64,000 nt of DNA from an uncultured Actinomycetes bacterium (lineage in GTDB: Bacteria > Actinomycetota > Actinomycetes > S36-B12 > UBA10799). This document shows positions 18,667 to 28,781 of the stretch, in pieces. Position numbers and translations under genes: made by a program. Location of the stretch: assembly GCA_963752505.1 (NCBI GenBank), contig CAVVYM010000001.1, positions 87,411 through 151,410 on the forward strand. The letters are read 5' to 3'. Numbering within the stretch: position 1 is the first letter of the stretch; each line of letters starts with the position of its first letter. The notes beneath the pieces are model-generated. The model made no database searches, had not been told where the DNA came from, and saw only the letters and a program-made list of their open reading frames with translations.

Positions 18667-19560
18667 ATGCCAGATCCGGTCGAATCGACGCGGGTGCTAT
18701 TCCCCGGCGGCTCCTCGATTGGCACCTCCCAGGTGGTGCGGGTGTTGGACACCTCCGCGGGCACCGGCATCATTACGACCGAGTCTCCCTTCCACCCGAT
18801 CGATCACACCTGGCCGGATCAACCCGGTGACATCGGAACCCTCACTCTGGGTGACCACACGGTGGCCGTGGTCGACTGCGTCACGGGCGCGTCGAGACTC
18901 GGAAACGACGAGGTGGCTATCGGATCCGACATAGCGGCCCGGCGCGGGGACGACGAGTGGGCCTGGTATGTCGTTCACCTGATCGACGAGCCCTACGAGA
19001 ACTGCGCCGGCTGGGTGGGTGCGCCCGCGACGCTGTGCGTCGACGCCGAGCGACGGGCCAGTCTCAGCGCATCGCATACGGCCTGTCACCTCATGGCCTT
19101 CGCCCTCAACGACGTCCTGGCCCCCCGGTGGCGCAAGGACGTCCAACTCGATTCGCTCGGCCATCCGAACTTCGACGCGATCGCCATCACGTCGTCGGTC
19201 ATCGGCATCGACGGCAGCACCGACACCTATCGGCTGGGCAAGTCCCTGCGGAAGAAAGGCTTCACTGTCGCGGCGACCGACGAGATGGCCAGCCTCGCTG
19301 ACAGCATCGAAGGACTCGGCGCCACTGTCGAGTCGCTGCTCAACGACTGGGCGGCAACCGATGCTCCCGTGCGCATCGAAACTTCCGACGAAAAACTGAC
19401 ATCGCCGCGCACATGGTCGTGCCAGCTTCCGCAGGGCGTCGCCACCGTGCCTTGCGGCGGCACCCACGTCGAGCGCCTGTCAGCCTTGGGTCGGGTGCAC
19501 GTCACCGCCCGCCTCAGCGACGATCAGACCGAACTCACCATCACAACGCGTCCAGGCTGA
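18667..19560 (+). CDS. AlaX-like metal-dependent tRNA-editing hydrolase (alanyl-tRNA synthetase second-additional-domain family)
   Basis: HxxxH motif (SHTACHLMAF) and CxxxH motif (PCGGTHVERL), characteristic of the Ala/Thr-tRNA synthetase editing domain. Confidence 0.7.
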   Translation: MPDPVESTRVLFPGGSSIGTSQVVRVLDTSAGTGIITTESPFHPIDHTWPDQPGDIGTLTLGDHTVAVVDCVTGASRLGNDEVAIGSDIAARRGDDEWAWYVVHLIDEPYENCAGWVGAPATLCVDAERRASLSASHTACHLMAFALNDVLAPRWRKDVQLDSLGHPNFDAIAITSSVIGIDGSTDTYRLGKSLRKKGFTVAATDEMASLADSIEGLGATVESLLNDWAATDAPVRIETSDEKLTSPRTWSCQLPQGVATVPCGGTHVERLSALGRVHVTARLSDDQTELTITTRPG

Positions 19561-19570
19561 ACCGCCTGCC

Positions 19571-19635
19571 GACTGCACACCTACGTAGCACTTGGGGCCG
19601 TCAGCCGGCCCGCTAGCGCGACAAAGGTGTGCAGT
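19571..19635. repeat. REP-like palindrome, copy 3 (degenerate)
   Basis: GACTGCACACCTACGTAGCACTTGG ... GCTAGCGCGACAAAGGTGTGCAGTC. The outer 12 bp pair perfectly and the inner part is diverged from the family core. Confidence 0.6.
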
Positions 19636-19654
19636 CGCGCATAGGGAGAGGCAG

Positions 19655-19729
19655 TAGGGCGGGTGGGACTCGAACCCACGGCCTGCCGGATTATGAGTCC
19701 GCCGCTCTAACCAACTGAGCTACCGCCCC
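19655..19729 (-). tRNA. tRNA-Met (anticodon CAT; elongator type, tRNA-Ile2 not excluded)
   Basis: Reverse complement GGGGCGGTAGCTCAGTTGGTTAGAGCGGCGGACTCATAATCCGGCAGGCCGTGGGTTCGAGTCCCACCCGCCCTA folds as a cloverleaf with anticodon loop CTCATAA. No CCA is encoded. Confidence 0.85.
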
Positions 19730-19850
19730 GAGGTGGCTCCACCCTACAAGGGGACGGCGGACTCCGGCGCAAACGCCGCAGCGGAACCGCGAAAGCCACG
19801 GTGGCCACGGCCTCGCGTACAGCGCCGGGCTGCTACCCTGGTCCACGCAT

Positions 19851-19925
19851 TCCCGCGTAGCTCAACGGCAGAGCATCCGACTGTTAATCGGACGGTTCCA
19901 GGTTCGAATCCCGGCGCGGGAGCCA
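19851..19925 (+). tRNA. tRNA-Asn (anticodon GTT), CCA encoded
   Basis: TCCCGCGTAGCTCAACGGCAGAGCATCCGACTGTTAATCGGACGGTTCCAGGTTCGAATCCCGGCGCGGGAGCCA. Acceptor TCCCGCG/CGCGGGA, anticodon stem TCCGA/TCGGA, loop CTGTTAA. Confidence 0.9.
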
Positions 19926-20687
19926 ATCCAACGCAGTCCCGCCGCTGCTGGCCGCACTCCCGCCGGCGATGCCCGCACCATACTGCGCGTTGATTTCGTT
20001 CACCTTCACCCAGATCTTCTGCCGCACGTCGGGCGAGTGCATCTCACTGAGGTGGTTGACCCGGCCAAGGATGATGTCATCGAGGGGTCGGTCCGGATAC
20101 AACTGCAGATGACGTAGGTGCTCCTCTTCCGTGGCGATCAGGGTGTTCGTGACTCCGTCGACGTCGATGTGCGCATCGATGTAGGGCCGGATGAACAGTT
20201 CGTGGGTGCTGAAGATGTTGCTCACCCGGCTGGCGATGCGAGGCAGATCCGCGTGCAGCGACGTGAGGAAGTCCGATCCTGCGGTCATGTCCCGCAGCGC
20301 CGGGGTGAGGCGACGGCCGAATATCCGGCTCACGCGCCCGGCGCTCACGGCGCCGTGCCAGGGCGATCCGATACTGAAGACATGCGCCACCTGGTCGGGG
20401 TGGTCTGTCGCGTACCGCAGCACGGCCAGTCCGCCTTGGGAGTGCCCCACGAGCACGATCGGAGTGTCCGCCGGGCGTCCCTGCTCCTCCAGTGCGCGCG
20501 AGATGTCTGCCGCTATGTGCTCCTGCGAGCGATGCAACGGCAACGTGACCCCATAGTTTGCCAACGTGATCATGAAGGCATTGGGGTGGCGCTCCAGCAC
20601 CGGTCGCATCATGACATTCGCAGCGACCCCACGGATGGCTGTGCCTGCCACAATTCCGACGGCCACACGCACGGCAACGACCTCCAC
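19884..20687 (-). CDS. Alpha/beta hydrolase (lipase/esterase-like)
   Basis: Nucleophile elbow GHSQGG in IVLVGHSQGGLAVLRY. The last ~14 codons overlap tRNA-Asn on the opposite strand. Confidence 0.7.
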   Translation of the reverse strand: MEVVAVRVAVGIVAGTAIRGVAANVMMRPVLERHPNAFMITLANYGVTLPLHRSQEHIAADISRALEEQGRPADTPIVLVGHSQGGLAVLRYATDHPDQVAHVFSIGSPWHGAVSAGRVSRIFGRRLTPALRDMTAGSDFLTSLHADLPRIASRVSNIFSTHELFIRPYIDAHIDVDGVTNTLIATEEEHLRHLQLYPDRPLDDIILGRVNHLSEMHSPDVRQKIWVKVNEINAQYGAGIAGGSAASSGGTALDWLPRRDSNLEPSD

Positions 20688-20793
20688 TTCCCAGACCGCG
20701 CAGGTGCCGCGGCCCGACGAACACCCACGGAGTCGAAGGCGACGTCAACGTCACTCTCTTCGAAGATACCCCAAGGCCGACCGGGGTGCGCGG

Positions 20794-21294
20794 CTAAACG
20801 CCGTAGGCATCCCGCAGGACGGCGAGCGATTCGGTGATCCGCTGGGCCACGGCAGGATCCGACGCGTCCACGCCCGGGTCCACCACCGTCTGCCAGCTGA
20901 CCTCGTCGGTCTCGGGGTCTCGACGTGCCAGGAACCGCACCCCCTTCGTGCCCCAGAGCGCCACATGCTGTTGCACGAGCAGCGACTGCATGATGCGCTC
21001 GCGAATCACCTGCGGGAGCACCCCCGCGTCGGGCAGGTGCACGCTGACCGACTCGACTCCCCCAGGTGTCCACAACTTGACTTCCAGCGCGGGCGAATCC
21101 CAGGACGCGCCAAGAATCTCCACCCAGCGGCGGTCCAGTTCTGGCGCGGTACAGCGCAACCGCACGTCCGTGGCCACTAACCAGCCGCCCCCGGCGGCGC
21201 GACCCGGCGCTGCCGTGGCCGCCCATGCCAGCGCCCGTTCCCGCTTCGGCAGCAGCGCCGCGACTTCCGACGGCGGTCGATGAAACAGCGTCAT
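20794..21294 (-). CDS. Conserved hypothetical protein, translationally coupled to dnaG
   Basis: Start ATG 21294 overlaps the dnaG stop (ATGA). The 166-aa protein MTLFHRPPSEVAALLPKRERALAWA... sits in the position of the small conserved gene downstream of dnaG in actinobacteria. Confidence 0.6.
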   Translation of the reverse strand: MTLFHRPPSEVAALLPKRERALAWAATAAPGRAAGGGWLVATDVRLRCTAPELDRRWVEILGASWDSPALEVKLWTPGGVESVSVHLPDAGVLPQVIRERIMQSLLVQQHVALWGTKGVRFLARRDPETDEVSWQTVVDPGVDASDPAVAQRITESLAVLRDAYGV

Positions 21295-23231
21295 GTCGCC
21301 TCTCCAACCGCGAGTTCCTGCAACTCCCGTCGGTAGTTTTCCAACTCCATCACCTGACCCATCAACTCTGCGAACTGGGCGGGTTCCTTGGCCGCATCGA
21401 GGCGGGCCAGCCGACCCTTGAGCGGCGCGATGCGGCGAGATACGTCCAACGAATGCAGCCTGGCCATGACGGCCTGGGCATAGCTCGCCGGATCGGTGCC
21501 AGCCGAGATCGGCATCGTCTGCACCGACCACCGGCGGATTTCCACCCGAACAGAATCGTCCTCGGCACCGTCGAGGACGCGCCCCAACCAGGCACGCAAC
21601 GAAGTGTCGTCCACGCCGGTGGGCTCGCCGGCCCGACTAATGGCCCGGAACAGCGCACCGCACAGCGGATCCGAGAAGGCGGAGTCCTCGGTGGCGGCCA
21701 CCCATTCCCACACCAGGTCGGGCCGTTGCAGCATCACCTGGGCGGCTTGGCGTTCCACGCGAGGATCCACATCGGAGGTCGTCGGCGCCGCCGCGCGTCG
21801 ATTCGACGCGCCCCGAGGGCGGTCGCTCAGGCTCCTGTCCGGCGCCTGCCCAGTGCGCTGCGACTCAGCCGCTCGGCGGTCGGAGTGGCCCCGGCTCGCC
21901 GTAGCGCCGACCCCCTCAGCACGGCGCACGGCAGTGGCAACAGCCGCCTGATCCATGCCCAACCAGCCGGCCAGCCGCGCCGAATACTCGTCGCGCAGCG
22001 CCACATCTCGCATGCTGTGCAGCATGGGCGCGGTGGCGCGAAGGGCGGCGACCCGTCCTTCTGCCTGGTCGAGGTTGTGGTCATCGAGCGAAGCCCGGAT
22101 GGCGAATTCGAACAGCGGGACCCGACTCGCCACCAGCGAACGCACGGCCTCATCGCCGCCAGCCAAGCGGGCGTCGCAGGGGTCGAGGCCCTCCGGCTGC
22201 ACCGCGACGTAGGTCTGGGCCACGAACGACTGATCGGTGCCGAATGCCCGCAACGCGGCGCGCCTGCCTGCCGCGTCGCCGTCGAACGTGAAGATCACCT
22301 CGCCGCGCATCGCGTCGTCATCCATCAGCAACCTGCGCAGCACCTTCACGTGGTCCTCGCCAAAGGACGTACCACAGGTTGCCACCGCCGTCGTGATCCC
22401 GGCGAGGTGGCAAGCCATGACGTCGGTGTAGCCCTCCACGAGCACGGCCTGCTGCTGCTTGGCGATGGACTGCCGAGCCAAGTCGAGTCCGTAGAGCACC
22501 CGCGACTTCTTGTACAGCGGTGTCTCGGGGGTGTTCAGGTACTTGGGCCCCTGATCGTCGTCGTAGAGCCGCCGCGCCCCGAAACCGACGACATCGCCTG
22601 ACAGGTCCCGGATCGGCCACACGAGCCGCCCCCGAAATCGGTCGTACACCCCTCGATTGCCCTGACTCACCACGCCTGCGGCGAGCAGTTCGTCCTCCCG
22701 AAAGCCACGGCTGCGCAGCGCTCCGGTGAGCGCGTCCCACGAGCGGGGGGCATAACCAACGCCGAAGAGCGCGACCGCGTCTTCGTCGAATCCACGCCCG
22801 GTCAGGAACTCGCGGGCCGGGGCGGCCTCCGGACTCGAGAGGTGCTTGACGAAGAACTCCGCCGCAGCCGTGTTGATGCCCACCAGTCGCGTGCGCTGCC
22901 CCTGCTGGCGACCTGGGGCCGCCGAGCCCTCCTCGTAGTGCAGTTCCACGCCGAACTGTCCGGCGAGCTTCTCGACCGCCTCCGCGAACGAGAGCAGGTC
23001 GACGCGCATGACGAAGTCAATGGTGTCGCCGCCCTCGCCGCAGCCGAAGCAGTACCACAGACCCTTGGCGGGACTGACATGGAAACTGGGGCTGCGTTCG
23101 TCGTGAAACGGGCACAGCCCCTTGTACGATCCACCGCCGGCAGGCTTCAGCGCGACGCTGTGCGACACCACTTCGTCGATGCGGGCGCGCTCACGCACCT
23201 CGCTCACGTCTTCGGCGCGAATCTTGGCCAC
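21291..23231 (-). CDS. dnaG: DNA primase
   Basis: Zinc-finger CPFHDERSPSFHVSPAKGLWYCFGCGEGGD, a TOPRIM region (VLVEGYTDVMA) and a C-terminal helicase-binding domain. Confidence 0.97.
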   Translation of the reverse strand: MAKIRAEDVSEVRERARIDEVVSHSVALKPAGGGSYKGLCPFHDERSPSFHVSPAKGLWYCFGCGEGGDTIDFVMRVDLLSFAEAVEKLAGQFGVELHYEEGSAAPGRQQGQRTRLVGINTAAAEFFVKHLSSPEAAPAREFLTGRGFDEDAVALFGVGYAPRSWDALTGALRSRGFREDELLAAGVVSQGNRGVYDRFRGRLVWPIRDLSGDVVGFGARRLYDDDQGPKYLNTPETPLYKKSRVLYGLDLARQSIAKQQQAVLVEGYTDVMACHLAGITTAVATCGTSFGEDHVKVLRRLLMDDDAMRGEVIFTFDGDAAGRRAALRAFGTDQSFVAQTYVAVQPEGLDPCDARLAGGDEAVRSLVASRVPLFEFAIRASLDDHNLDQAEGRVAALRATAPMLHSMRDVALRDEYSARLAGWLGMDQAAVATAVRRAEGVGATASRGHSDRRAAESQRTGQAPDRSLSDRPRGASNRRAAAPTTSDVDPRVERQAAQVMLQRPDLVWEWVAATEDSAFSDPLCGALFRAISRAGEPTGVDDTSLRAWLGRVLDGAEDDSVRVEIRRWSVQTMPISAGTDPASYAQAVMARLHSLDVSRRIAPLKGRLARLDAAKEPAQFAELMGQVMELENYRRELQELAVGEAT

Positions 23232-23240
23232 AACGTGATC

Positions 23241-24470
23241 CTACGTCGGCGCACCGACCAGGCGTCGATGCCAGCGCACAGCGGACACGTCTGTCAGCGA
23301 GGCGACCTGGTCGATCACCACGCGCAACTTCTCGTCGGCGTCGTTCGCAGCTCGCCACGACTCTGCGAACATGGGGTGCAGCGCATCAGGTGCGCGGCCA
23401 ACCAGCACCCGCACAAGGTCGGCGAGCAACTGCCGCTGATCGGCATAGATCTCGTCGACGCCCGGGCGGTTGAACACAAAGTGACTCGACATGGCTTTGA
23501 GCAGCGCCACCTCAGCCCGTTGCTCCTCCGGGACTCGCAGGTCCGAGGCGTACCGGGTGAGCGGTGCGCCCTCGGCGGCGATCAGCGTGCTGTCGACCGC
23601 GGCCGCGGACAGGCGGCCGATCATGGCGCTGGTGAACGCCTTCAGCGCCGCCAACGACGTCGCAGTGTGGTCGAAGGTGGCAGGCCACTGCGGCAACGCC
23701 AGCAGCCGTTGATGCGCACGGGAGAGGTCCGCCGCAGTCAGTCCCACTGCTGGATCCGCACCAGCCGTCGCGATCACCTCGTCCATGCCCGCACCGGGTT
23801 GAATCTGTGCCGGCGAGATGAAGCCGGAGTACAGGGCATCCTCAATGTCGTGCACCGAGTAGGCGACGTCGTCGGCCCAGTCCATCACTTGGGCTTCCAG
23901 ACACGGCCGCTCGGCGGGGGCATCGTGTCGAACCCAGTCGAAGGCGACGACGTCATCGTCGTAGGCGTTGAACTTGGGCGTGTCCGGGCGCCGCAGCCAC
24001 GGATACTTCACCATCGCGTCGAGCGAGGCCCGGGTGAGGTTCAGCCCCACTGAACCTGCGGCTGTCACCACCTTGGGTTCCAGCCGGGTGAGGATCCGGA
24101 AACTCTGCGCGTTGCCCTCGAATCCACCGATCGTGGCCGCCGCCTCGTTCAGCGCTGCTTCACCGTTGTGTCCAAATGGCGGGTGGCCCAAGTCGTGGCT
24201 CAGGCCGGCCGTGTCGACGATGTCCGGGTCGCAGCCGAGCTCATCGCCCATCTCCCTGGCCACCTGCGACACTTCAAGGGTGTGGGTGAGCCGGGTGCGT
24301 GGGAAGTCCGATTCACCCGGCAACAGAACCTGGGTCTTGTCGGCGAGGCGTCGCAGCGCCCAACTGTGCAGCACCCGGGCACGATCGCGCCGATACGGGT
24401 CGCGGGCGGGCCGTTTCGGCTCCTCCGCCAAGCGGCGTTCGGCATCGAAATTGGTGTACCCGGACATCAT
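23241..24470 (-). CDS. dgt: dGTP triphosphohydrolase-like HD-domain protein
   Basis: RTRLTHTLEVSQVAR and HDLGHPPFGH HD motifs. Conserved dgt-dnaG adjacency. Confidence 0.93.
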   Translation of the reverse strand: MMSGYTNFDAERRLAEEPKRPARDPYRRDRARVLHSWALRRLADKTQVLLPGESDFPRTRLTHTLEVSQVAREMGDELGCDPDIVDTAGLSHDLGHPPFGHNGEAALNEAAATIGGFEGNAQSFRILTRLEPKVVTAAGSVGLNLTRASLDAMVKYPWLRRPDTPKFNAYDDDVVAFDWVRHDAPAERPCLEAQVMDWADDVAYSVHDIEDALYSGFISPAQIQPGAGMDEVIATAGADPAVGLTAADLSRAHQRLLALPQWPATFDHTATSLAALKAFTSAMIGRLSAAAVDSTLIAAEGAPLTRYASDLRVPEEQRAEVALLKAMSSHFVFNRPGVDEIYADQRQLLADLVRVLVGRAPDALHPMFAESWRAANDADEKLRVVIDQVASLTDVSAVRWHRRLVGAPT

Positions 24471-24498
24471 TGACCCGCTGCGGTCACGCGATGACTTA

Positions 24499-25188
24499 CT
24501 AGGCGATCGCGGTCGGGATCACGGGGGCAACCGACCACTGGCCTGCGAACACGAAGTACAGATAGCCCAACGTCTCCCGTGCGACGTACTCAGGGGTGAC
24601 GTTCGCACCGTCGCCCGTGTGGGTGGCGTTGGGCTGGGCTTCCATACCCAACCGGTCGGCGATGGCCAGTGAACGCGTCATGTGTGCCGGGTCGCTCACC
24701 ACCGTGATGCTCCGCAACCCGCGCTCAGACATGTCCTCGGCCACTGCGGTCAGCGATGTGAGCGTGTCCTCACCGCTGGGCACCGCAATCACGTTCTCCG
24801 CGGGGATCCCGACGCTCTCGAGGTACATCTTCCCGGCGTCAGCCTCCGTGTAGAGGTCGCCGGGTTGGTTGCCACCCACTGTGATGATGACGGGCGCAAC
24901 CCCGTCCGCGTAGAGGTCTCGGGCATGGTCGAGCCGGTTCTCGAATACCGGTGACGGAGTGCCGTTGAACTGTGCCGCGCCGAGCACAACGATCGCATCC
25001 GTTGGCGTGGCAACGTAGGTCGACGACATTCGCACTACGTGCGCAGCCGCAGCGAAGGGGACAACCGCGGCCAAAATCAGTAGGGTGGCGAGCACCAAGC
25101 CGACGACTGTTCCCCAACCTCGACGGGGAGGTGGGCACGCCGGCTTCCGGGCGCGCGGGGCGCGCGCCTTGGTCACTTCGGCTGGCAT
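24499..25188 (-). CDS. YdcF/DUF218 family membrane-anchored protein
   Basis: N-terminal TM segment, then VVLGAAQFNGTPSPVFENRLDHA...VIITVGGNQPGD...VVSDPAHMTRS. I take the start at ATG 25188 rather than the ORF-track 25359. Confidence 0.75.
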   Translation of the reverse strand: MPAEVTKARAPRARKPACPPPRRGWGTVVGLVLATLLILAAVVPFAAAAHVVRMSSTYVATPTDAIVVLGAAQFNGTPSPVFENRLDHARDLYADGVAPVIITVGGNQPGDLYTEADAGKMYLESVGIPAENVIAVPSGEDTLTSLTAVAEDMSERGLRSITVVSDPAHMTRSLAIADRLGMEAQPNATHTGDGANVTPEYVARETLGYLYFVFAGQWSVAPVIPTAIA

Positions 25189-25280
25189 CGTCACCCCCGC
25201 ATTGTCGCACCCGCGGGCAAGCCCTGGACTCCGGCGCGCACAAGACCTCCAAGTTACCGCGATTTCCACCCCTGGCCGTG

Positions 25281-26474
25281 CTACCCCCCAGAAGAGAACG
25301 CCTCCGCCTGCGCTACCTGCCGCCGCTGAAGGCTGTCCGTGGTGGTGCTGTCGAGCCACCCCTGGGGCAGGCTCACAGCCCGGTCCCCCGAGGTTCGACC
25401 GCGAGGCTTGCCGGCGATGTCGGTGGGGAACTGCTGAGCCACGTCGATGTCAGCCACGAGGGCATCGAACTCCGCCAAGTCGTTGACGTTGGCCAGCCCG
25501 AGTCGCACGTGGTGCTTGACTCGGAATCCCTTGAGATACCAGGCCACATGCTTGCGGAAATCGCGCGGGCCGCGGTCTTCGCCCAGCACTTCACAGAGCA
25601 GTTCCACGTGACGTCGCATGACAGCGACGACGGCGGCCAGGTCAGGATCGGCCGGCAACTCTCGGCCGTCGAAGGCAGCCGAGAGTTGGCCGAACAGCCA
25701 AGGCCGGCCCAGGCAACCGCGGCCCACGACGACGCCCGCGGCGCCGGTCTGGCGAACCATGCGCAGGGCATCGTCAGCGGTCCAGACGTCGCCGTTGCCC
25801 AGCACCGGCAGGTCGTAGGGCGCGAGTTCCTCGACGAGTCGGGCGATTGCATCCCAGCGGGCAGAACCGCCGTACAGCTGCGCGGCGGTGCGGGCGTGGA
25901 GGGCCACCCAAGCAATTCCCGCCCTGGCGGCGATGTGTCCGGCCGCAACGTAGGTGAGGTGTTCATCGTCGATGCCCATGCGCATCTTCACTGTCACCGG
26001 AGGCGCATCGACTCCTACCGCGGCCGCGGTCTCGGCGGCAGCGCGCACGGCGGCCGTGCATACCGCTTCGAAGAGGTCGCGCTTCCACGGCAGCGCCGAC
26101 CCACCACCCTTGCGCGTGACTTTCGGCACCGGGCAGCCCATGTTGAGATCGACATGGTCGGCGATCCCCTCGGCTACCACCATGCGCACGGCCGCCGCCA
26201 CCGTCTCCGGATCGACCCCGTAGAGCTGCAAGCTGCGCGGGGACTCGTCATCGTCGAACGTGCACATGCGCAGCGTGGCAACGTTGCGCTCCACCAACGC
26301 CCGCGAAGTGACCATCTCCGAGACGTAGAGGCCGCCGCCCTGCTCGCGGCACAGCCGTCGGTAGGCGCGATTCGTGATACCCGCCATCGGTGCGAGCACG
26401 ACTGGCGTGGTCAATGCGTACTGGCCGAGGTGCAGCGTCGGGTGCACCGCGGTTCCCCTGCTGGCCGATGCCAT
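25281..26474 (-). CDS. dus: tRNA-dihydrouridine synthase
   Basis: VVLAPMAGITNRAYRRLC, DLNMGCPVPKV and a conserved TIM-barrel Dus layout. Confidence 0.92.
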   Translation of the reverse strand: MASASRGTAVHPTLHLGQYALTTPVVLAPMAGITNRAYRRLCREQGGGLYVSEMVTSRALVERNVATLRMCTFDDDESPRSLQLYGVDPETVAAAVRMVVAEGIADHVDLNMGCPVPKVTRKGGGSALPWKRDLFEAVCTAAVRAAAETAAAVGVDAPPVTVKMRMGIDDEHLTYVAAGHIAARAGIAWVALHARTAAQLYGGSARWDAIARLVEELAPYDLPVLGNGDVWTADDALRMVRQTGAAGVVVGRGCLGRPWLFGQLSAAFDGRELPADPDLAAVVAVMRRHVELLCEVLGEDRGPRDFRKHVAWYLKGFRVKHHVRLGLANVNDLAEFDALVADIDVAQQFPTDIAGKPRGRTSGDRAVSLPQGWLDSTTTDSLQRRQVAQAEAFSSGG

Positions 26475-26476
26475 GG

Positions 26477-27853
26477 TCAGCAGGCTGGCAGTCGTTCCGC
26501 GAGCCAGCCCGACACCGCGTCCAGGCCGACCCGCTCCTGCGCCATGGAGTCGCGCTCACGGATGGTCACGGCCCGGTCGTCGAGGGTGTCGAAGTCCACC
26601 GTCACGCAGAACGGGGTGCCGATTTCGTCCTGGCGCCGGTAGCGGCGCCCGATGGCGCCGGCGTCGTCGAACTCGACGTTCCAGCGGCTCCGGAGTTCGG
26701 CCGCCAAATCGCGGGCCACCGGAGACAGGTCGCCGCGGCGGCTCAACGGCAGCACCGCGGCCTTCACCGGTGCGAGCCGGGGGTCGAATCGCATGACGGT
26801 GCGGGTGTCCACTCCCCCCTTGGCGTTGGGTGCCTCATCGACGTCGTAGGCATCGAGCAGGAACGCGAGCACACAGCGGGTCAGGCCAGCCGCGGGCTCG
26901 ATGACGTAGGGCACCCAGCGCTCCGAGGTCGACTGATCGAAGTAGGACAGATCCACGCCGGAATGCTCCGAGTGCGTCTTCAAGTCGAAATCGGTGCGGT
27001 TTGCGATGCCCTCCAACTCCGCCCACTCGGAGCCGGCGAAAGTGAAGCGGTACTCAATGTCCACCGTGCGCTTCGAGTAGTGCGACAGCTTCTCCTGCGG
27101 GTGCTCGAAGAAGCGCAGGTTCTCGGGGTTGATGCCCAGGTCGGTGTACCAGTCCCAGCGCTGGGTCAGCCAGTACTCGTGCCACTGCTCGTCGGTGCCC
27201 GGTGGCACGAAAAACTCCATCTCCATCTGCTCGAACTCGCGGGTGCGGAAGATGAAGTTTCCGGGGGTGATTTCGTTGCGGAACGATTTGCCCACTTGGC
27301 CGATGCCAAAGGGCGGCTTCTTGCGTGCCGCCGTCATCACGTTCATGAAGTTGACGAAGATCCCCTGGGCCGTTTCCGGCCGCAGGTAGTGCAGCGCGCC
27401 GTCATCCTCCACCGGGCCGATCGATGTGCGCAGCAGGCCGTTGAAGTCGCGCGGCTCGGTGAAGTCGCCCCTGGTGCCGCAGTTGACGCACACCACCTCG
27501 GCGAGGGTCCCGGCCCTGCCCTTGCGCTCCTCGAACTCCTCGAGCAGTTGGTCGGCCCGGTAACGGCGGTGACACTTGCGGCACTCCGTCAGTGGGTCGC
27601 TGAAGGCCGCCAGGTGACCGGACGCCTGCCATACCTGCGGCGAAAGGATCACAGCGCTGTCGAGTCCGACCACGTCGTCACGACCGCGCACCACGCTTTG
27701 CCACCACTGGCGCTTGATGTTCTCCTTGAACTCGACCCCGAGCGGGCCGTAGTCCCACGCCGAGCGGCTGCCGCCGTAGATTTCGGAGGACTGAAAGACG
27801 AAGCCCCGTCGTTTGCTCAGGTTGACGACGGCATCGACGCGGTCAGCAGCCAC
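26477..27853 (-). CDS. glyQS: Glycine--tRNA ligase (dimeric class II)
   Basis: 458 aa. Contains [40 protein letters not shown] and a conserved anticodon-binding C-terminus. Confidence 0.96.
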   Translation of the reverse strand: MAADRVDAVVNLSKRRGFVFQSSEIYGGSRSAWDYGPLGVEFKENIKRQWWQSVVRGRDDVVGLDSAVILSPQVWQASGHLAAFSDPLTECRKCHRRYRADQLLEEFEERKGRAGTLAEVVCVNCGTRGDFTEPRDFNGLLRTSIGPVEDDGALHYLRPETAQGIFVNFMNVMTAARKKPPFGIGQVGKSFRNEITPGNFIFRTREFEQMEMEFFVPPGTDEQWHEYWLTQRWDWYTDLGINPENLRFFEHPQEKLSHYSKRTVDIEYRFTFAGSEWAELEGIANRTDFDLKTHSEHSGVDLSYFDQSTSERWVPYVIEPAAGLTRCVLAFLLDAYDVDEAPNAKGGVDTRTVMRFDPRLAPVKAAVLPLSRRGDLSPVARDLAAELRSRWNVEFDDAGAIGRRYRRQDEIGTPFCVTVDFDTLDDRAVTIRERDSMAQERVGLDAVSGWLAERLPAC

Positions 27854-27928
27854 GGGTGAACTCCTCGCGAGGTGGGCAGGTATCAGCCGCCGAGATGACG
27901 GACCGACCCCCTAGGCTACCGACCCGGC

Positions 27929-28279
27929 CTACGTGGGTCCGGCGGTGTCGGCGTCTGCGGCCAAGTCCGACTCGTTCATGACGAATTCCGACGGACTGCG
28001 CACCGACAACACTTCGAAGGCGCTGACGTCGCCGTCCGCCGTAGCCAACAGCGGCACCGCGGCCAACTTGACCTCGAAATTGCTCAGCGCGCGACGGTAG
28101 GAGCCGACGTTGTCCCACCGGCTCACAATGAGCCAGACGGCAGCGTCGTCAATCGCACGCGTCACCTCCACCGACTGGCAGCCCGACGTGGCCAGCAATG
28201 CCGCAGAAGCACTGGTGGCATCGGCCATGAAGGTCTCCTGGTCCTGCGCAGCAACCAGGTGACGGGTGATCACAAGCAT
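27929..28279 (-). CDS. Antibiotic-biosynthesis-monooxygenase (ABM)-like small protein
   Basis: 116 aa from ATG 28279. MLVITRH...VEVTRAIDDAAVWLIVSRWDNVGSYRRALS resembles the ABM ferredoxin-like fold. The upstream ORF extension is Arg-rich and implausible. Confidence 0.5.
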   Translation of the reverse strand: MLVITRHLVAAQDQETFMADATSASAALLATSGCQSVEVTRAIDDAAVWLIVSRWDNVGSYRRALSNFEVKLAAVPLLATADGDVSAFEVLSVRSPSEFVMNESDLAADADTAGPT

Positions 28280-28369
28280 CGCCCACCTGCCTCTCCGACC
28301 ACGATCCGGTGGCCTGTACGTAGGATTCGACGCTACCCGGATGCGCGCCGCGCCACTGCCTAGTTCACC

Positions 28370-28759
28370 ATGGACACCATGTCGAAGAAGCGCAAGAAGC
28401 CGACGAACCGTCGCCCTGCGTCGACCCCTCGACCGTTGTCGAGCAAACCGCAGCAAGCGCCGCCGCAGCAGAAGTCTGAAGCCAGGCGGACGCTGGAGCG
28501 CAAGTCGGCCGGGCCGCTGCTGATACTGCACCGGATGCCGCGCTGGCTGATCCCGGTAATCATGGGCGTGCTGCTGCTGTTGGGCCTGTTCATCCAGGCC
28601 GCCTGGGCTGGCATCTTTATCATCGCCATCGCGGTGTTCCTCGGTTGGCTACTGGTGCTGTCCTGGCCGGTGATCCTCCCGAGTTCGCGCGCCTTTCGCG
28701 TCATTGTGATCGGAGTGGTCGCCGCCGTCGGCGTGATGAAGCTGATGGGCTGGACCTAG
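28370..28759 (+). CDS. Small membrane protein (basic N-terminus, two TM segments)
   Basis: 129 aa: KKRKKPTNRRP... followed by two hydrophobic helices. Function unknown. Confidence 0.55.
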   Translation: MDTMSKKRKKPTNRRPASTPRPLSSKPQQAPPQQKSEARRTLERKSAGPLLILHRMPRWLIPVIMGVLLLLGLFIQAAWAGIFIIAIAVFLGWLLVLSWPVILPSSRAFRVIVIGVVAAVGVMKLMGWT

Positions 28760-28781
28760 TCCACACCGCGATGCGGGCGCC

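Noticed and set aside
19655-19729. Initiator tRNA-fMet.
   Set aside because: The anticodon stem lacks the three consecutive G-C pairs (it reads GCGGA/TCCGG with GGA-TCC at the loop end), and position 1-72 can pair. It is therefore elongator Met or possibly Ile2, which cannot be distinguished by eye.
19655-20800. Genomic island integrated at tRNA-Met/tRNA-Asn.
   Set aside because: No integrase, excisionase or duplicated tRNA 3' end was seen. The flanking genes (AlaX-like, hydrolase, dnaG block) are ordinary chromosomal genes.
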